This document shows, piece after piece, positions 11,331 to 22,266 of a DNA stretch of 64,000 bases; position 1 is the first letter of the stretch, and every line of letters begins with the position of its first letter. The position numbers and the translations under genes are program-made. This DNA is from Heteronotia binoei (taxonomy: Eukaryota): assembly GCF_032191835.1 (NCBI RefSeq), contig NC_083224.1, positions 22,444,001 to 22,508,000 on the forward strand, in the 5' to 3' direction. Below the pieces are notes generated by a model, which made no database searches, was not told the origin of the DNA, and saw only the letters and a program-made list of their open reading frames with translations.

Positions 11331-13149
11331 CATTTCTGGCCACTCTGAAGCGAGGGATTGGCCTCTCTACTCACGAGTTGCTGCCAACTTCTTCAAAGTA
11401 ACACAGACACACCATCGCAAGAGGAAGCTTTTCAATCAGCGACGGAAGCCTCCAGAGGTAGAAACGCACATGGTACTCTGGGGGCGGAGCTCCCCCCCGC
11501 CGCCAGCCAGACTCCACAAGGAGACGCCACCCGGCAGCCGGAGAGGACACAAGGTCTACGAGTCCCAGCATGCACCTCATGAAGGGTGGACTGGAGTGAA
11601 TAGCAGGCTGGTGGTGGGCGGGTCTTTGTGACCCGGAGGAAGGGAGAAGCCTGAAGCCTGTGAGGGAGGCAGGCAGGGAAAGAGACATGGCGCCGTTCCC
11701 CCCCCCTCGCTTCCGGATTTTTGGAGAGCGGGGGAGGAGTCTGCTAATTCGGGGGTCCCCTGGGAGGGCGGGGGGGTTGGGAAGCCTAGCTTGACACTTT
11801 GCCCTCCCACTGGATCCAGGGAGAATGCAATGCCCTAAGGCCCTGCTGAACAACTTGTAGGACAGGGATCACAGTGTGGAAAGAAATGTGTTGTTGTTAT
11901 GTTCTGAGACAACAAACTCAATATGTTTAATCTTCCTGAGCTTCATTTCCTGACTTGCTGTATTGAGACAACCTCAGTTCCAGGGTCAGAACCGGTTCCC
12001 TTGTCGATCTCAGCTCCAAGCCCTCTTGCTAAAGGCCAACCCAGTGACCCAGCAGACCTGGTGGCGGACTGAATCTAAAAATATTGGTTGCCAGGAGACA
12101 TATGCCCCCCCAACTATAAGGCTTAAGGCTATCATTTAATTTTTGTAAGCAATATTTTTTTTAAAAAAAATACATAAGTGGAAAAATGTACAATTAAAAC
12201 TTTTGCAAAATAAATATATATATTTTTAGTAATTAGTGTACATCTATTGTACATATTACTGGCAGTATACGGTAGATACTAAATGTAAATACAGATTCCA
12301 TTTTCTCCAGGGGAACTGATCTCTGCTAGCTGGAGATCAGTTGTAAAAGCGGGCGATCCCCAGGTTCCACCTGGAGGCTGGCAACCCTAAATACAACATA
12401 AATTTTAGTTGCATTACAGTAATAATACTGGAACTTCTAATATATTTTCAAGCTACTAAAAGGTCATTAACATTTTTAACATATTGTCTAATGTTTAAGG
12501 GGGCCCACTTGTCTTCGGGCAAACTGACACAATGGCCAGTCCTCCACTGGTCCTACCATCTTACTGCACTCTCAGCAGCACTAACATCTGGTCCTTTTCA
12601 GGAAAGGTGCTGTTTCAGGCAGAGGCAAGGCTTGTGATTGCCATCTCCATAGGGAACCCAAAATCAGTCTGCAAGTGGTTTTTAGAGGCAAGCTTCTCAG
12701 TTCCCTGATAGCCTTTGGAACCCTTCAAAGAAGCCAATTTAAGTGCAAAACCATCTCTTGGGAAGCCAGTAATCTCAGATACAGTTCTGTGATTAGGTTT
12801 AACATTCTACCTACCTATTCCAAATCTCTATGTGTATATCAATTCCCTTCCCTGCCAGTGTATTTAAATAAAACAAAATTTGTTTAAGTCTCTACCTGTG
12901 CCTATCGTGCCATTTTCTGAGGGAAAATTTTGATGACTGAAGCAAACAGACAAGGCGATTGTTTTAGAGGGAAGATTATGAAAGCGGTTGCTTTGTCACA
13001 CCTGCCATGAGATCTAACAGTAACAGCAGTGCCAAACTGCCTCAATCCAGCTGCCTATGAAGACCATCCTAGAGGGGAGGGGGGAATGCTGAATTTGGTA
13101 CCCCCACCCTGCTGGCACTCTAGGCAACCACCTAGTTTGCCTAGTGGGG

Positions 13150-13310
13150 GAGACTGCCCTGGTGACCCACACAGTATCCGTCTCATGGCCAGGGCAGAAA
13201 CCTGACTGGAATGGGTCCAGTGCCAGTGTGTCCTCCAGAAAGCCCTGAAGTTGTTCCATTGCCGCTCTTTCAATTACTTTACCCAGGAACACTAAGTTTT
13301 AAACTGGGCA
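13150..13310 (-). mobile_element. L2 LINE RT fragment (copy at 43742-43902)
   Basis: FLGKVIERAAMEQLQGFLEDTLALDPFQSGF resembles L2 ORF2 RT. Confidence 0.75.
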
Positions 13311-13756
13311 GTAATGCAATGGATCCAATGATGATTTTTTCAAGAGCAGTGTGGCCGCTGCTTCCTTGAAGTCCTCCAGAAATTCCCATGTTCCCATGGA
13401 CAGGTTGATAATTTCCTTCATAGGGTCCCATATCCTCATTGCTGGTCTTAACCAGCCAACAGAGACACGGGTCAAGCAAGTTCGTGGTCAGTCTAACAGC
13501 AGCCAGGACTCTGTCAACATCAGAAGAGGAGAGCAGGTTGAAAGAACTGAAAACAACTCAAAAACGGCCAAGGAGCCTCCAGTTCCGTCATGATCTTAGG
13601 CCTACTAAGGCCTATAGGTTCCAGAGAAGCCTGCCTAGGAATTACTATAGAAAGCCTACATCTCCCAGGATCCCTTCTGTCCTTCTGATTGGGTGGCAAG
13701 GTTTTGAAAGGAAACTAGCCCAGAGAGGGGTCGGACCTAGGAGGAGAACATAAAAG

Positions 13757-14331
13757 TGTTAACCGGTTTTGGGGCCACGGCCCTGAAACCCAGAACAATT
13801 TAACCAGGCAGAGACTTTTTGCTCAGAAATCCAAAGGTTTATTTATAAAAATCACATTTGCAAATGGAGAGAAAGATCTCAGGCTGAGCTGTCTCTCTGT
13901 GTGTCTTTCTTCGCTCAAGCTGTTGTTTTAAGCATTCCCGACGCAACCCCCCCCCCCCTTCTCTCTCTTCCTGTGACCAAAACAGGCCAGAGACGCAGGA
14001 CTCACAATCTGACTCCTCCCGAGCGCAAAGCAGCAACCCCCCCCCCCTTTTCCCTTATATGAAAAGAATCACATCATCTCTCCTAAGTGAAAATTCCACA
14101 CTAATTGGCTAACTCTAAGTTTCTCTTAAATTGGTGGGGCCCTCCTTTACAATCTGTCTACTAACTAGATAACGCTTCTCGTCCTGGCAAACTCTCCTCT
14201 GCATTCTGAACTTTTTACCTTTCGGTTCCCAAGGCAACTGTTTCTCCCCCTATGGCTCATGATGCAAGATGTTTTTCGTCCCCAGACCAGAGCCAAACTC
14301 CCTATAATATATACAGTGATTATGAGTAACA
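13757..14331 (-). mobile_element. Putative solo LTR, antisense (copy at 44349-44923)
   Basis: TGTTA...TAACA termini; on the minus strand, in order, CCAAT (14134-14130), CCAAT (14108-14104), TATAA (14059-14055), AATAAA (13843-13838). No TSD found. Confidence 0.55.
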
Positions 14332-14789
14332 TACACAATGGCCCTGCATCCAAGGCTTTCTTCTGAGTGAACAGGACTTTTGGCCTGAATTATGTTCAAC
14401 AAAAGGGCCAAGCGCAGACAGGGTGTGTTCTCTCTGGGAAAGGCTGCAGGAATGAAGGCAGCAGGAGTGAGTTTGGTATTAGAGTGGCAACTGTTTAGCT
14501 AAATGCATCAGGGCTTCTGTTTATTTGCACCAACCATTACTGTTTTCATATTCACTACAGCACTAAATCTTTATCAACCACTTATTATTTTTATAGTACT
14601 ACCAATGAACTTCATTTTGCTGTTCTACTGCCTGGTTTCTCACATCTCTTTGGTCACAGTTATGAGGTATTTACTAATAAGGAAAACAAGGATGGCTGGG
14701 TGCTCTGGGCCCTCCCATACAGACCCTTACCAGAGTGGTGGCAGCCAGTAGAAGGCCTTCCTGGGCCCCTGCTGTATCAAAACTGGCAG

Positions 14790-15735
14790 GTAAATCCCAG
14801 GGAAGATACTGGAGCAGATTTTAAAGGGATCAGTCTGCAAGAATCTAAAAGATAACTTAGTGGTCTGGGGAAGTCTCCATGAATTTGTCCCCAACAGGTC
14901 CTACCAGCCCAACCTTATATCCTTCTTTAATCAAGTGACAAGCTTACCGGATCGAGGGGATGCTGTTGATGTTGCTTATCTGGATTTCAGAAAAGTTTTT
15001 GACAGGGTTCCCATGATGCTCTTATGGGTAAACTAGAGGACTGTGGGCTGGACTCTAGGATAGTTAGGTGGATACGGAACTGGTTGGAGAACCATATTCA
15101 AAGAGTAGTTGTCAGTGGCATTTCATCTGAATGGAAGGAGGTATCCAATGGGGTACCACAGGGCTTGGTTCTTTTCAATGTTTTTATCAATGATCTGGAT
15201 GAGCGTGTGGAGGGGCTACTCATTAAATCCACAGATGACACCAAACTGGGAGGAGTAGTAAACACACCAGAAGATAGAGACGGAATTCAATGAGATCTGA
15301 ACATGCTGGAAGAGTGGGCAGATGTGAAGAAGATGCAATTTTAAAAGGATAAGAGCTGAGTTCTATATCTGGGTAACAAAAATTAGCAACACACATATTG
15401 GATGGGGGATATACTTCTGGGTAGCAATGATTACAAATAAGTTTGGGGTACAGGTGGACTGTAAGTTAAATAGGAGCAGTTAGTGTGATGCAGCGACAAA
15501 AAAGGCTAATGCAATCTTGGGGTGTATCAACAAAAGCATAACATCCAAATCGCATGATGTCATAGTCTGCTGTACTGCAGCAGTTCTGGAGGCCTCATTT
15601 CAAAAAGGATGTGGACAAAATGGAGGGAGTGCAGAGGAAAGCAATGAGGATGATCAGGGCCAAGAGATGAATCCCTACAAGGAGAGGCTGAGGGGAATGT
15701 TCAGGTTGGAGAAGATGAGGTTGAGGGGACATGAT
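14790..15735 (+). mobile_element. Degraded CR1 LINE RT fragment (copy at 45382-46327)
   Basis: RWIRNWL..QRVVVSG..SEWKEVSNGVPQG..LFNVFINDLD...DDTKLGG. Confidence 0.9.
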
Positions 15736-15924
15736 CAGAACCAACAACTTCCCATATACGTAGCCTTCTCTGTTGTGGCCCCGACAATAAGGAATGGCCT
15801 GCTGGAAGAAGTCAGGAAGACTCCCACTCTCTTGGCTTTCTGCAAACTGCATAATCTTGGTAAAACAGATGGACATTTATGAAATAATTAAATAATTAGG
15901 ACAGCACAAGGCAACACAGTCCCT

Positions 15925-16008
15925 GGGCCAGAGACCAGTTCTCAGGCAGTGGCCCTGGCTGAAGGTTTCCTCTTGAGTCAGGCAGAGGAGAAGAGGCAGG
16001 CACAGCAG
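15925..16008 (+). pseudogene. SCAN exon 3' stub ([28 protein letters not shown]) with its gtgagg donor
   Basis: Near-identical (2 mismatches seen) to the last 84 bp of the SCAN exon ending at 29379; the rest of SCAN is absent. Confidence 0.9.
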
Positions 16009-16189
16009 GTGAGGGGCTTTTGGTCACTCTGTCCAAGCAATCACCTTACCCTAAAGCTTCCTGCCAGATGTTTCTGTGTGTGTGAGAACTGCCATCAAGT
16101 TACTTCCAACCTTTGGCAACCCAACAAATGTCTTCTTATTAATAGTTATGCTCAAGTTTTGCAAACTAAAGGCCAGCATCTTGGCTCAG

Positions 16190-17163
16190 GCTGAGTTGGC
16201 TAAAGTTGAATCCGACGAAGACGAAGGTTCTCTATCTGAGCCGGGGTGGTCCAAGGGGAGGTGTCTAGCTGCCGGCTCTTGACGGGGTGCCATTGATACC
16301 GGCCCCTAAGGTCAAGAGCTTGGACGTGCTCCTTGAGTCCTCCCTTACAATGGAGGCCCAGGTAGCAGCCACTATTAGATCAGCCTTCTTTCATCTTCTG
16401 TGGGTGCGGTAGTTGGCTCCTTTTCTGGAGCACAATGACTTAGCAATGGTGATCCATGCTATGGTCACCTCAAAAATAGACCACTGTCATGCTCTCTACA
16501 TGGGGCTACCCTTGACATTGACTCAGAAACTACAGCTAGTGCAGAACGCTGTGGCACAGCTATTAATGAGGCTCCCCCAATGGGAGCACATTCAGCCAGT
16601 GCTGAAAGAGCTGCACTGGCTACCTGTTGTGTTCCAAGTCCGTTTCAAGGTGTTGGTATTGACCTTTAAAGCTCTTTATCGTCAGGGACCTGTTTATCTG
16701 CGGGACCCTCTTTCCCCAGAGAGCACTGCATTCAGGGACAAAAAATCTGCTATCCACCCCTGGACCAAAGGAGGCCAGGTTGCATTTGACATGAGCCAGG
16801 GCCTTCTCGGTGGTAGCACCAGAGTTATGGAATGCTCTCTCGGAGACCATAAGGGCCCTGCGGGACCTTCCTACGTTCCGCAGGGCCTGTAAGACTGAAT
16901 TGTTTCGACAGGCCTTCGAAGCTTAAACTAAGAGAGGGCTGCCACCTGACATCAGTTAGAGTATCCGGTGTCCAACCGTCTGAAAAGCAGAACCGCCAAC
17001 ATAGTAATGGTACAGCACTGTGGAATAGTTTAAATTTTAATTGTATTAATGTTTTATGGATTTTATTGACTTACTGTCTTTAAACAAATGTTGTGAGCCG
17101 CCCTGAGTCCACTTGCGAAGAGGGCGGGATAGAAATGTAATGTAAATAAATAAATAAATAAAA
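16190..17163 (+). mobile_element. L2 LINE 3' fragment with (TAAA)n tail (copy at 46782-47755)
   Basis: QKLQLVQNAVAQLL..WEHIQPVLKELHWLPV..RFKVLVLTFKAL. Confidence 0.9.
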
Positions 17164-17403
17164 CAGCCCTTACTTCACATCATTGAAGTCACACAGGTGG
17201 GGAACCATAAAAATGGTAAGAGTCCCAACCAAGTGCCTCTGATGCAGGAAGCTTACTGTACTTTCAAAGTGTATATTATTGTACCGTTCAGTGTACAGTA
17301 GGAGGAAGGCACTGAAATATTTGGAGCGTGGAAGAAAGTTCAGGAGCACATCAGACCTCCTTGTGTGGATTCTAACAAGATCTCTCTCTCTTTATTCCAG
17401 CAG

Positions 17404-19412
17404 GAGATGATCAGAGAAATGAGGAGGATGAGGAACTGGATCATCTATTGCCTGATGAAGTCAAGAAGGAAGATGTGAGAAGAAATGTCAGGATTCAAAG
17501 CAGACTAAAGAGGCAGAAAGTCGGTCACAGGGTGAAGAAGAGGGGAAAATCTGTTCCTTGCCAAGGGGGAGATTTTCAAGAAGAAATTCACATGTCAGGG
17601 AAAACATACAAGTGTTTGGAATGTGGAATGAACTTCTCAGATCAAACCCAGTATAATATACATGTTTCAAAGCACGGTATAATGAAGGCATGTAAATGCG
17701 TTCGGTGTGGAAAATACTTCAGATACAAATCACAACTCCTTGTACACCAAAGGATCCACACAGCAGAGAAACTGTTTGAATGCTCAGAGTGTGGAAAGAA
17801 ATTCAGTTATAGTTTCCTTCTCAAACAGCATCAAAGAACCCACACAGGGGAGAAGCCTTTTGAATGCTCAGAGTGTGGGAAGAGATTCAATCACAGCCAC
17901 AGTCTTCAAACTCATGTGAGAATCCACACAGGAGAGAAGCCTTTTGAATGCTCAGAGTGTGGGAAGAGCTTCCATCACAGACACAGTCTTCAAACTCATG
18001 TGAGAATCCACACAGGAGAGAAGCCTTTTGAATGCTCAGAGTGTGAGAAGAGATTTCATCACAGTAGCAGTCTTCATAGTCATCTAAGAACCCACACAGG
18101 AGAGAAGCCTTTTGAATGCTCAGAGTGTGAGAAGAGATTTCATCACAGTGGCAGTCTTCATAGTCATCTAAGAACCCACACAGGGGAGAAGCCTTTTGAA
18201 TGCTTAGAGTGTGGGAAGAGATTCAGTCAGAGCAGCAATCTTCAAAGTCATCTACGATCCCACAAAGGGGAGAAGCCTTTTGAATGCTCACAATGTGGGA
18301 AGAGATTCAGCCGGAGTGGCAATCTTCAAAGTCATCTGCAAACCCACACAGGGGAGAAGCCTTTTGAATGCTCAGAGTGTGGGAAGAGATTCAGCCACAG
18401 TAGCAATCTTCAACAACATCAGAGAATCCACACAGAGGAGAAACCTTTTGAATGCTCCAAATGTGGGAAGAGATTTAGGAACAGTAGCAGTCTTTCAAAA
18501 CATGTAAGAATCCACACAGGGAAGAAATCTTTTGAATGCTTGGAGTGTGGGAAGAGATTCAGTCAGAGTGGCTATCTTCAACAACATCAGAGAACCCACA
18601 CAAGGGAGAAGCCTTTTGAATGTTCAGAATGTGGGAAGAGATTCAGGGAGAGTAGCAGTCTTATAAAACATCTAAGAACACACAGAGGAGAGAAGCCTTT
18701 TGAATGCTCAGAATGTGGGAAGAGATTTGGTTGGAGTGGCAGTCTTCAAAGTAATCTACGAACCCACACTAGGGAGAAACCATTTGAATGCTCAGAGTGT
18801 GGGAAGAGATTTAGTCACAGTAGCACTCTTCAACAACATCAGAGAACACACACAGGAGAGAAGCCTTTTGAATGCTCAGAATGTGGGAAGAGATTTGGTT
18901 GGAGTGGCAGTCTTCAAAGTCATCTACGAACCCACACTAGGGAGAAACTTTTTGAATGCTCAGAGTGTGGGAAGAGCTTCAGTCAGAGTAGCACTCTTCA
19001 AAGTCATCTACGAACCCACACAGAAGAGAAGCCTTTTGAATGCTCAGAGTGTAGGGAGAGATTCAGTCACAGTGGCTATCTTCAAAAACATCTTAAAATC
19101 CACAGAGGGGAGACTCCTTTGTATGTTCTGCGATTCACTGAGAGTGACAGTCTTCAAAAGCGTCTAAGAACCCATACAAGGGAGAAGAGCTTTGAACTCT
19201 CAGAATGTGTGAAGAAGACTGCAGATTTATACCCCATCCTTCTCTCTGAATCAGAGACTCAGAGTGGCTTACAATCTCCTATATCTTCTCCCCCCACACA
19301 ACACACACCCTGTGAGGTGGGTGGGGCTAAGAGAGCTCCCCCAGAAGCTGCCTTTTCAAGGACAACCTCTGCGAGTGCTATGGCTAACCCAAGGCCATTC
19401 CAGCAGCTGTAA
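17404..19412 (+). CDS. Orphan C2H2 zinc-finger exon B: 18 fingers (one His-to-Asn), one degenerate finger and a SINE-derived tail; no KRAB exon of its own
   Basis: Open 654-aa ORF; acceptor tttattccagcag|GA is homologous to that of exon A and in the same phase. Confidence 0.8.
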
Positions 19413-19485
19413 GTGGAGGAGTCGGGAATCAAACCCAGTTCTCCCAGATAAGAGTCTGCACTCTTAACCACTACACCAAACTGGC
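19211..19485 (-). mobile_element. tRNA-derived SINE (Squam3-like) inserted into finger exon B (copy at 49803-50077)
   Basis: Minus strand begins gccagtttggtgtagtggttaag (A box), has ggtttgattccc (B box) and ends tataaatctgcagtcttcttc. Confidence 0.85.
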
Positions 19486-19490
19486 ACTCA

Positions 19491-19705
19491 CATTCAGTGA
19501 AAGTGGTAATCTTTAGTCAGCTGTGAACCCACACAGTTGGGAAAGCCTTTTGAATGCTCAGAGTGTGGAAACACGTTCTGTCAGAGTGCCCATCTTCAAC
19601 AGCATCAAGGAATCCATAGAGAGTAAAGTTTCAGAATAGAAAGACATTCAATCATTGTGGTAACCTTCAACAACATCTAAGAGCCCACACAAGGAAAAAG
19701 TATGT
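19491..19705 (+). pseudogene. Decayed zinc fingers cut off behind the SINE (copy at 50083-50297)
   Basis: gaaagccttttgaatgctcagagtgtgg motif; about 3 finger remnants with stop codons and frameshifts. Confidence 0.85.
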
Positions 19706-19829
19706 AAGTTCTTAGCCTAGGGGTTTTGAACTAGGTTGTTACAATGATCTGATAGAAATGTCACTTTGTTCGGTCAGGCCATGTGTGCAATACAATGTAA
19801 TGCCATGTACCAGAGATAGACTAGCCCCG

Positions 19830-20086
19830 GGGGTCAGATGTCTGCCCAAGGACTGGATCAGGCCCCCGGAGGGCTCCTTTCATGCCCATGAGCAACTCAC
19901 TGTAATCTGCTTCCTTTTCTCGCTTCCTTCTGTATCAGAGCTTGCTTTTCCAGGCTTGCTTAATCGCACAGGAGCTATAGAGCAGAGCTTCTGCCACAGG
20001 AGGTGGTGGCGGCCACAAGCATAGCCAGCTTCAAGAGGGGTTTAGATAAAAATATGGAGCAGAGGTCCATCAGTGGCTATTAGCCA

Positions 20087-20125
<39 letters not shown>

Positions 20126-20703
20126 AAAATTTGCCACTGTGTGACACAGAGTGTTGGACTGGTTGGGCCATTGGCCTGATCTAACATGGCTTCTCTTATG
20201 TTCTTCTCTTTTCTCCATTGGCTGACTAGCACATGAAGCAAATTATGTACAAAAGCTCACAATGCCCAGCCATTCCATGTTTTCCCTTCAGTCTTAGGCT
20301 CAAAGCATTGACCATGAAATTTCTGCAATGAATGTCAGTAAATCAAAGAGTAGGTTTGCAACTTATACACTCCTGAACCATGCCTGAACATCATACTCAA
20401 GATAGCTACAGCACAGACATTGTCTCCAGATTCTGATGCAGTCATTCAGAGCAACAGGTGTGAGCTCTCTGCATAAACAAAAATTGAATAAACAAAATAT
20501 TTGAATAAACAAAATATTGCAAGAGTGCTAATCTTTTAAGCATATTTTACGTTTTAATAAAATCTTAGTGTTTGTCTGTGTCCTTCATAAAGTTTATATC
20601 TCTGCTACCTGGCTTTACATTTTATGACATACATGGCCTGGCCCGAAAAGGTCTCATATATGTCAAATCCAGCCCTCATAACAAATTATTTTGACACTTC
20701 TGT
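19830..20703. mobile_element. Inverted copy of the hAT element at 4329-4913, interrupted by a CR1 3' end (19990-20206); copy at 50422-51295
   Basis: Reverse-complement similarity to 4330-4910; CR1 tail ctgccacaggaggtggtgg..(GT)n..ggcttctcttatgttctt. Confidence 0.7.
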
Positions 20704-20819
20704 TATAGACTTTAGAAAAGACATGGACAAACCCATAACTGTAATATTAACAATATTATTTTTTGTATGATACAGAAACGAAGAATGAACAGCTTTATAA
20801 TATTTCCTTTATTTATTTC

Positions 20820-21560
20820 CTTTATTCTTTGGTAACTGACCTCCCTTTCTCTGGATTATGCATCAAAAAATCTGGACTCAGTGTCTGTGCTGTAGCAATC
20901 TTGTGTGTGCTGGTTAAGTGTGTATCTGTAAACTGAGAATACACTTTTGATTGATGTAGATATATCCTGCAATAGAGCTCTTCACAGACATACGTTGTTC
21001 CAAACATATGCATAATTTTAGAAGCAAAAGTCTTAAGGTGGGGGTAATTTGGACCCAGAAAACTAATAAAGTTTATTAATGGCAACTTCGAAAAGCTTAT
21101 CCTTCCATACAGCATCACACTGCTCCCCCACCTGTCTACGTTTGATTGGTAGGTGAGGAGCAGTGTGAATGTCCCATTTCCCCAACTGTACTGATTCACA
21201 ATGTATAATGCACCTTCAGAATGTCTCCCACCTTAGAGAAACTTTTCCTGTCCATCTCCCTCCCCCCAGTCCATGGCAGATGTAGTCCTCTTCCCACTCT
21301 GAAAATACATTTCCTCACTACACTCGATCAACTTTTTTCTCCACCACCCTGATAGCATTTTTGCTTGTGAAGCAGGGTTTCTTCCCCGTTTTGAGAGGTT
21401 CACCCAAAATTGTACGCATAGATTCTTTGTGTAGAATATAATCATACGCATATATTCTATGCCATAGAATATAAACTCTCCCAAGGATCTGGAGCCACTG
21501 CCCTCGTCAATAGCTGAATCGACCACTAAATCATGAATCCTCTACAAATTCATCAGCCAA
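20820..21560 (-). mobile_element. Degraded hAT/Charlie (GTF2IRD2/SPIN-like) transposase C-terminus (copy at 51412-52152)
   Basis: YPHLKTFASKIMHMFGTTYVCEELY...TDTHLTSTHKIATAQ resembles the hAT dimerisation domain (FGSTY.CE..FS). Confidence 0.75.
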
Positions 21561-21936
21561 CTGTGAATGACCAGACCTCCTAAATCTGCCCTTTTCTCCC
21601 ACCACCTTGGTGTGATTCATCCACACTCTCCTTCAATTTCTAATCTGCAGCCATTCCTTTCCTTGCAGTTCATTCCCACCTGGAGACCTGACCTTCCACA
21701 AAGACACACATACTCCCTACGATGATTATGTTCTTGCATGGGGACTAAAAACTAGGAGACCCAGGTTCATAAATCCAACTGCCATAAAAGTTGCTGGATG
21801 ACTTTGGACCAGTCACACAGCCTAATGTACCTTGCACAGGTGTTCCGAGGGGGAAAACAGATGAGTTAAATAATAGTTGAAGAAAAGCAAGGGAGAGATG
21901 CCAAGAATATAAAACTAGCACCTTCCTTTACCCTAA

Positions 21937-22266
21937 CACGGGTGGCCAAACCTGCTTAACGTAAGAGCCATATAGAATAAACATCAGATGTTTGAGAGCC
22001 GCAAGACATGAATGTCAAATATTTGAGAGCTGGAAGGAGGGAAGGAAGGCAAATAGATGGGGGGAGGCAGAAGGGAGAGGGAGGTGGAAAGAAAGTAACT
22101 TTAAGTGCATTTGCCAAGCTGCTGGCTAGCATGGCTTGGAAAAGTTATTTAAAGACAGAAATGCCTTCTGCAAGCCAGCCAATGGGGTGGTGGGGGCTTC
22201 GAGAGCCACACAATATGTGTTAAAGAGCTACATGTGGCTCCCGAGCCACAGTTTGGCCACCCCCTG
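21937..22266. mobile_element. hAT/Charlie MITE (related copy at 25211-25520; duplicates at 52529-52858 and 55803-56112)
   Basis: TIRs cacgggtggccaaac / gtttggccaccccctg; the two copies share the gagccacacaatatgtg..gagccacagtttggcc interior. Confidence 0.8.

Noticed and set aside
8902-11845. cagggcc...ggccctg as one large hAT element
   Set aside because: Only 7 bp of terminal match and the flanks (gagtttgg / ctgaacaa) are not a TSD; more likely nested fragments.
11868-11890. cagtgtggaaagaaat resembling a finger remnant that might be the lost 3' end of exon A
   Set aside because: Match too short and not continued by finger sequence.
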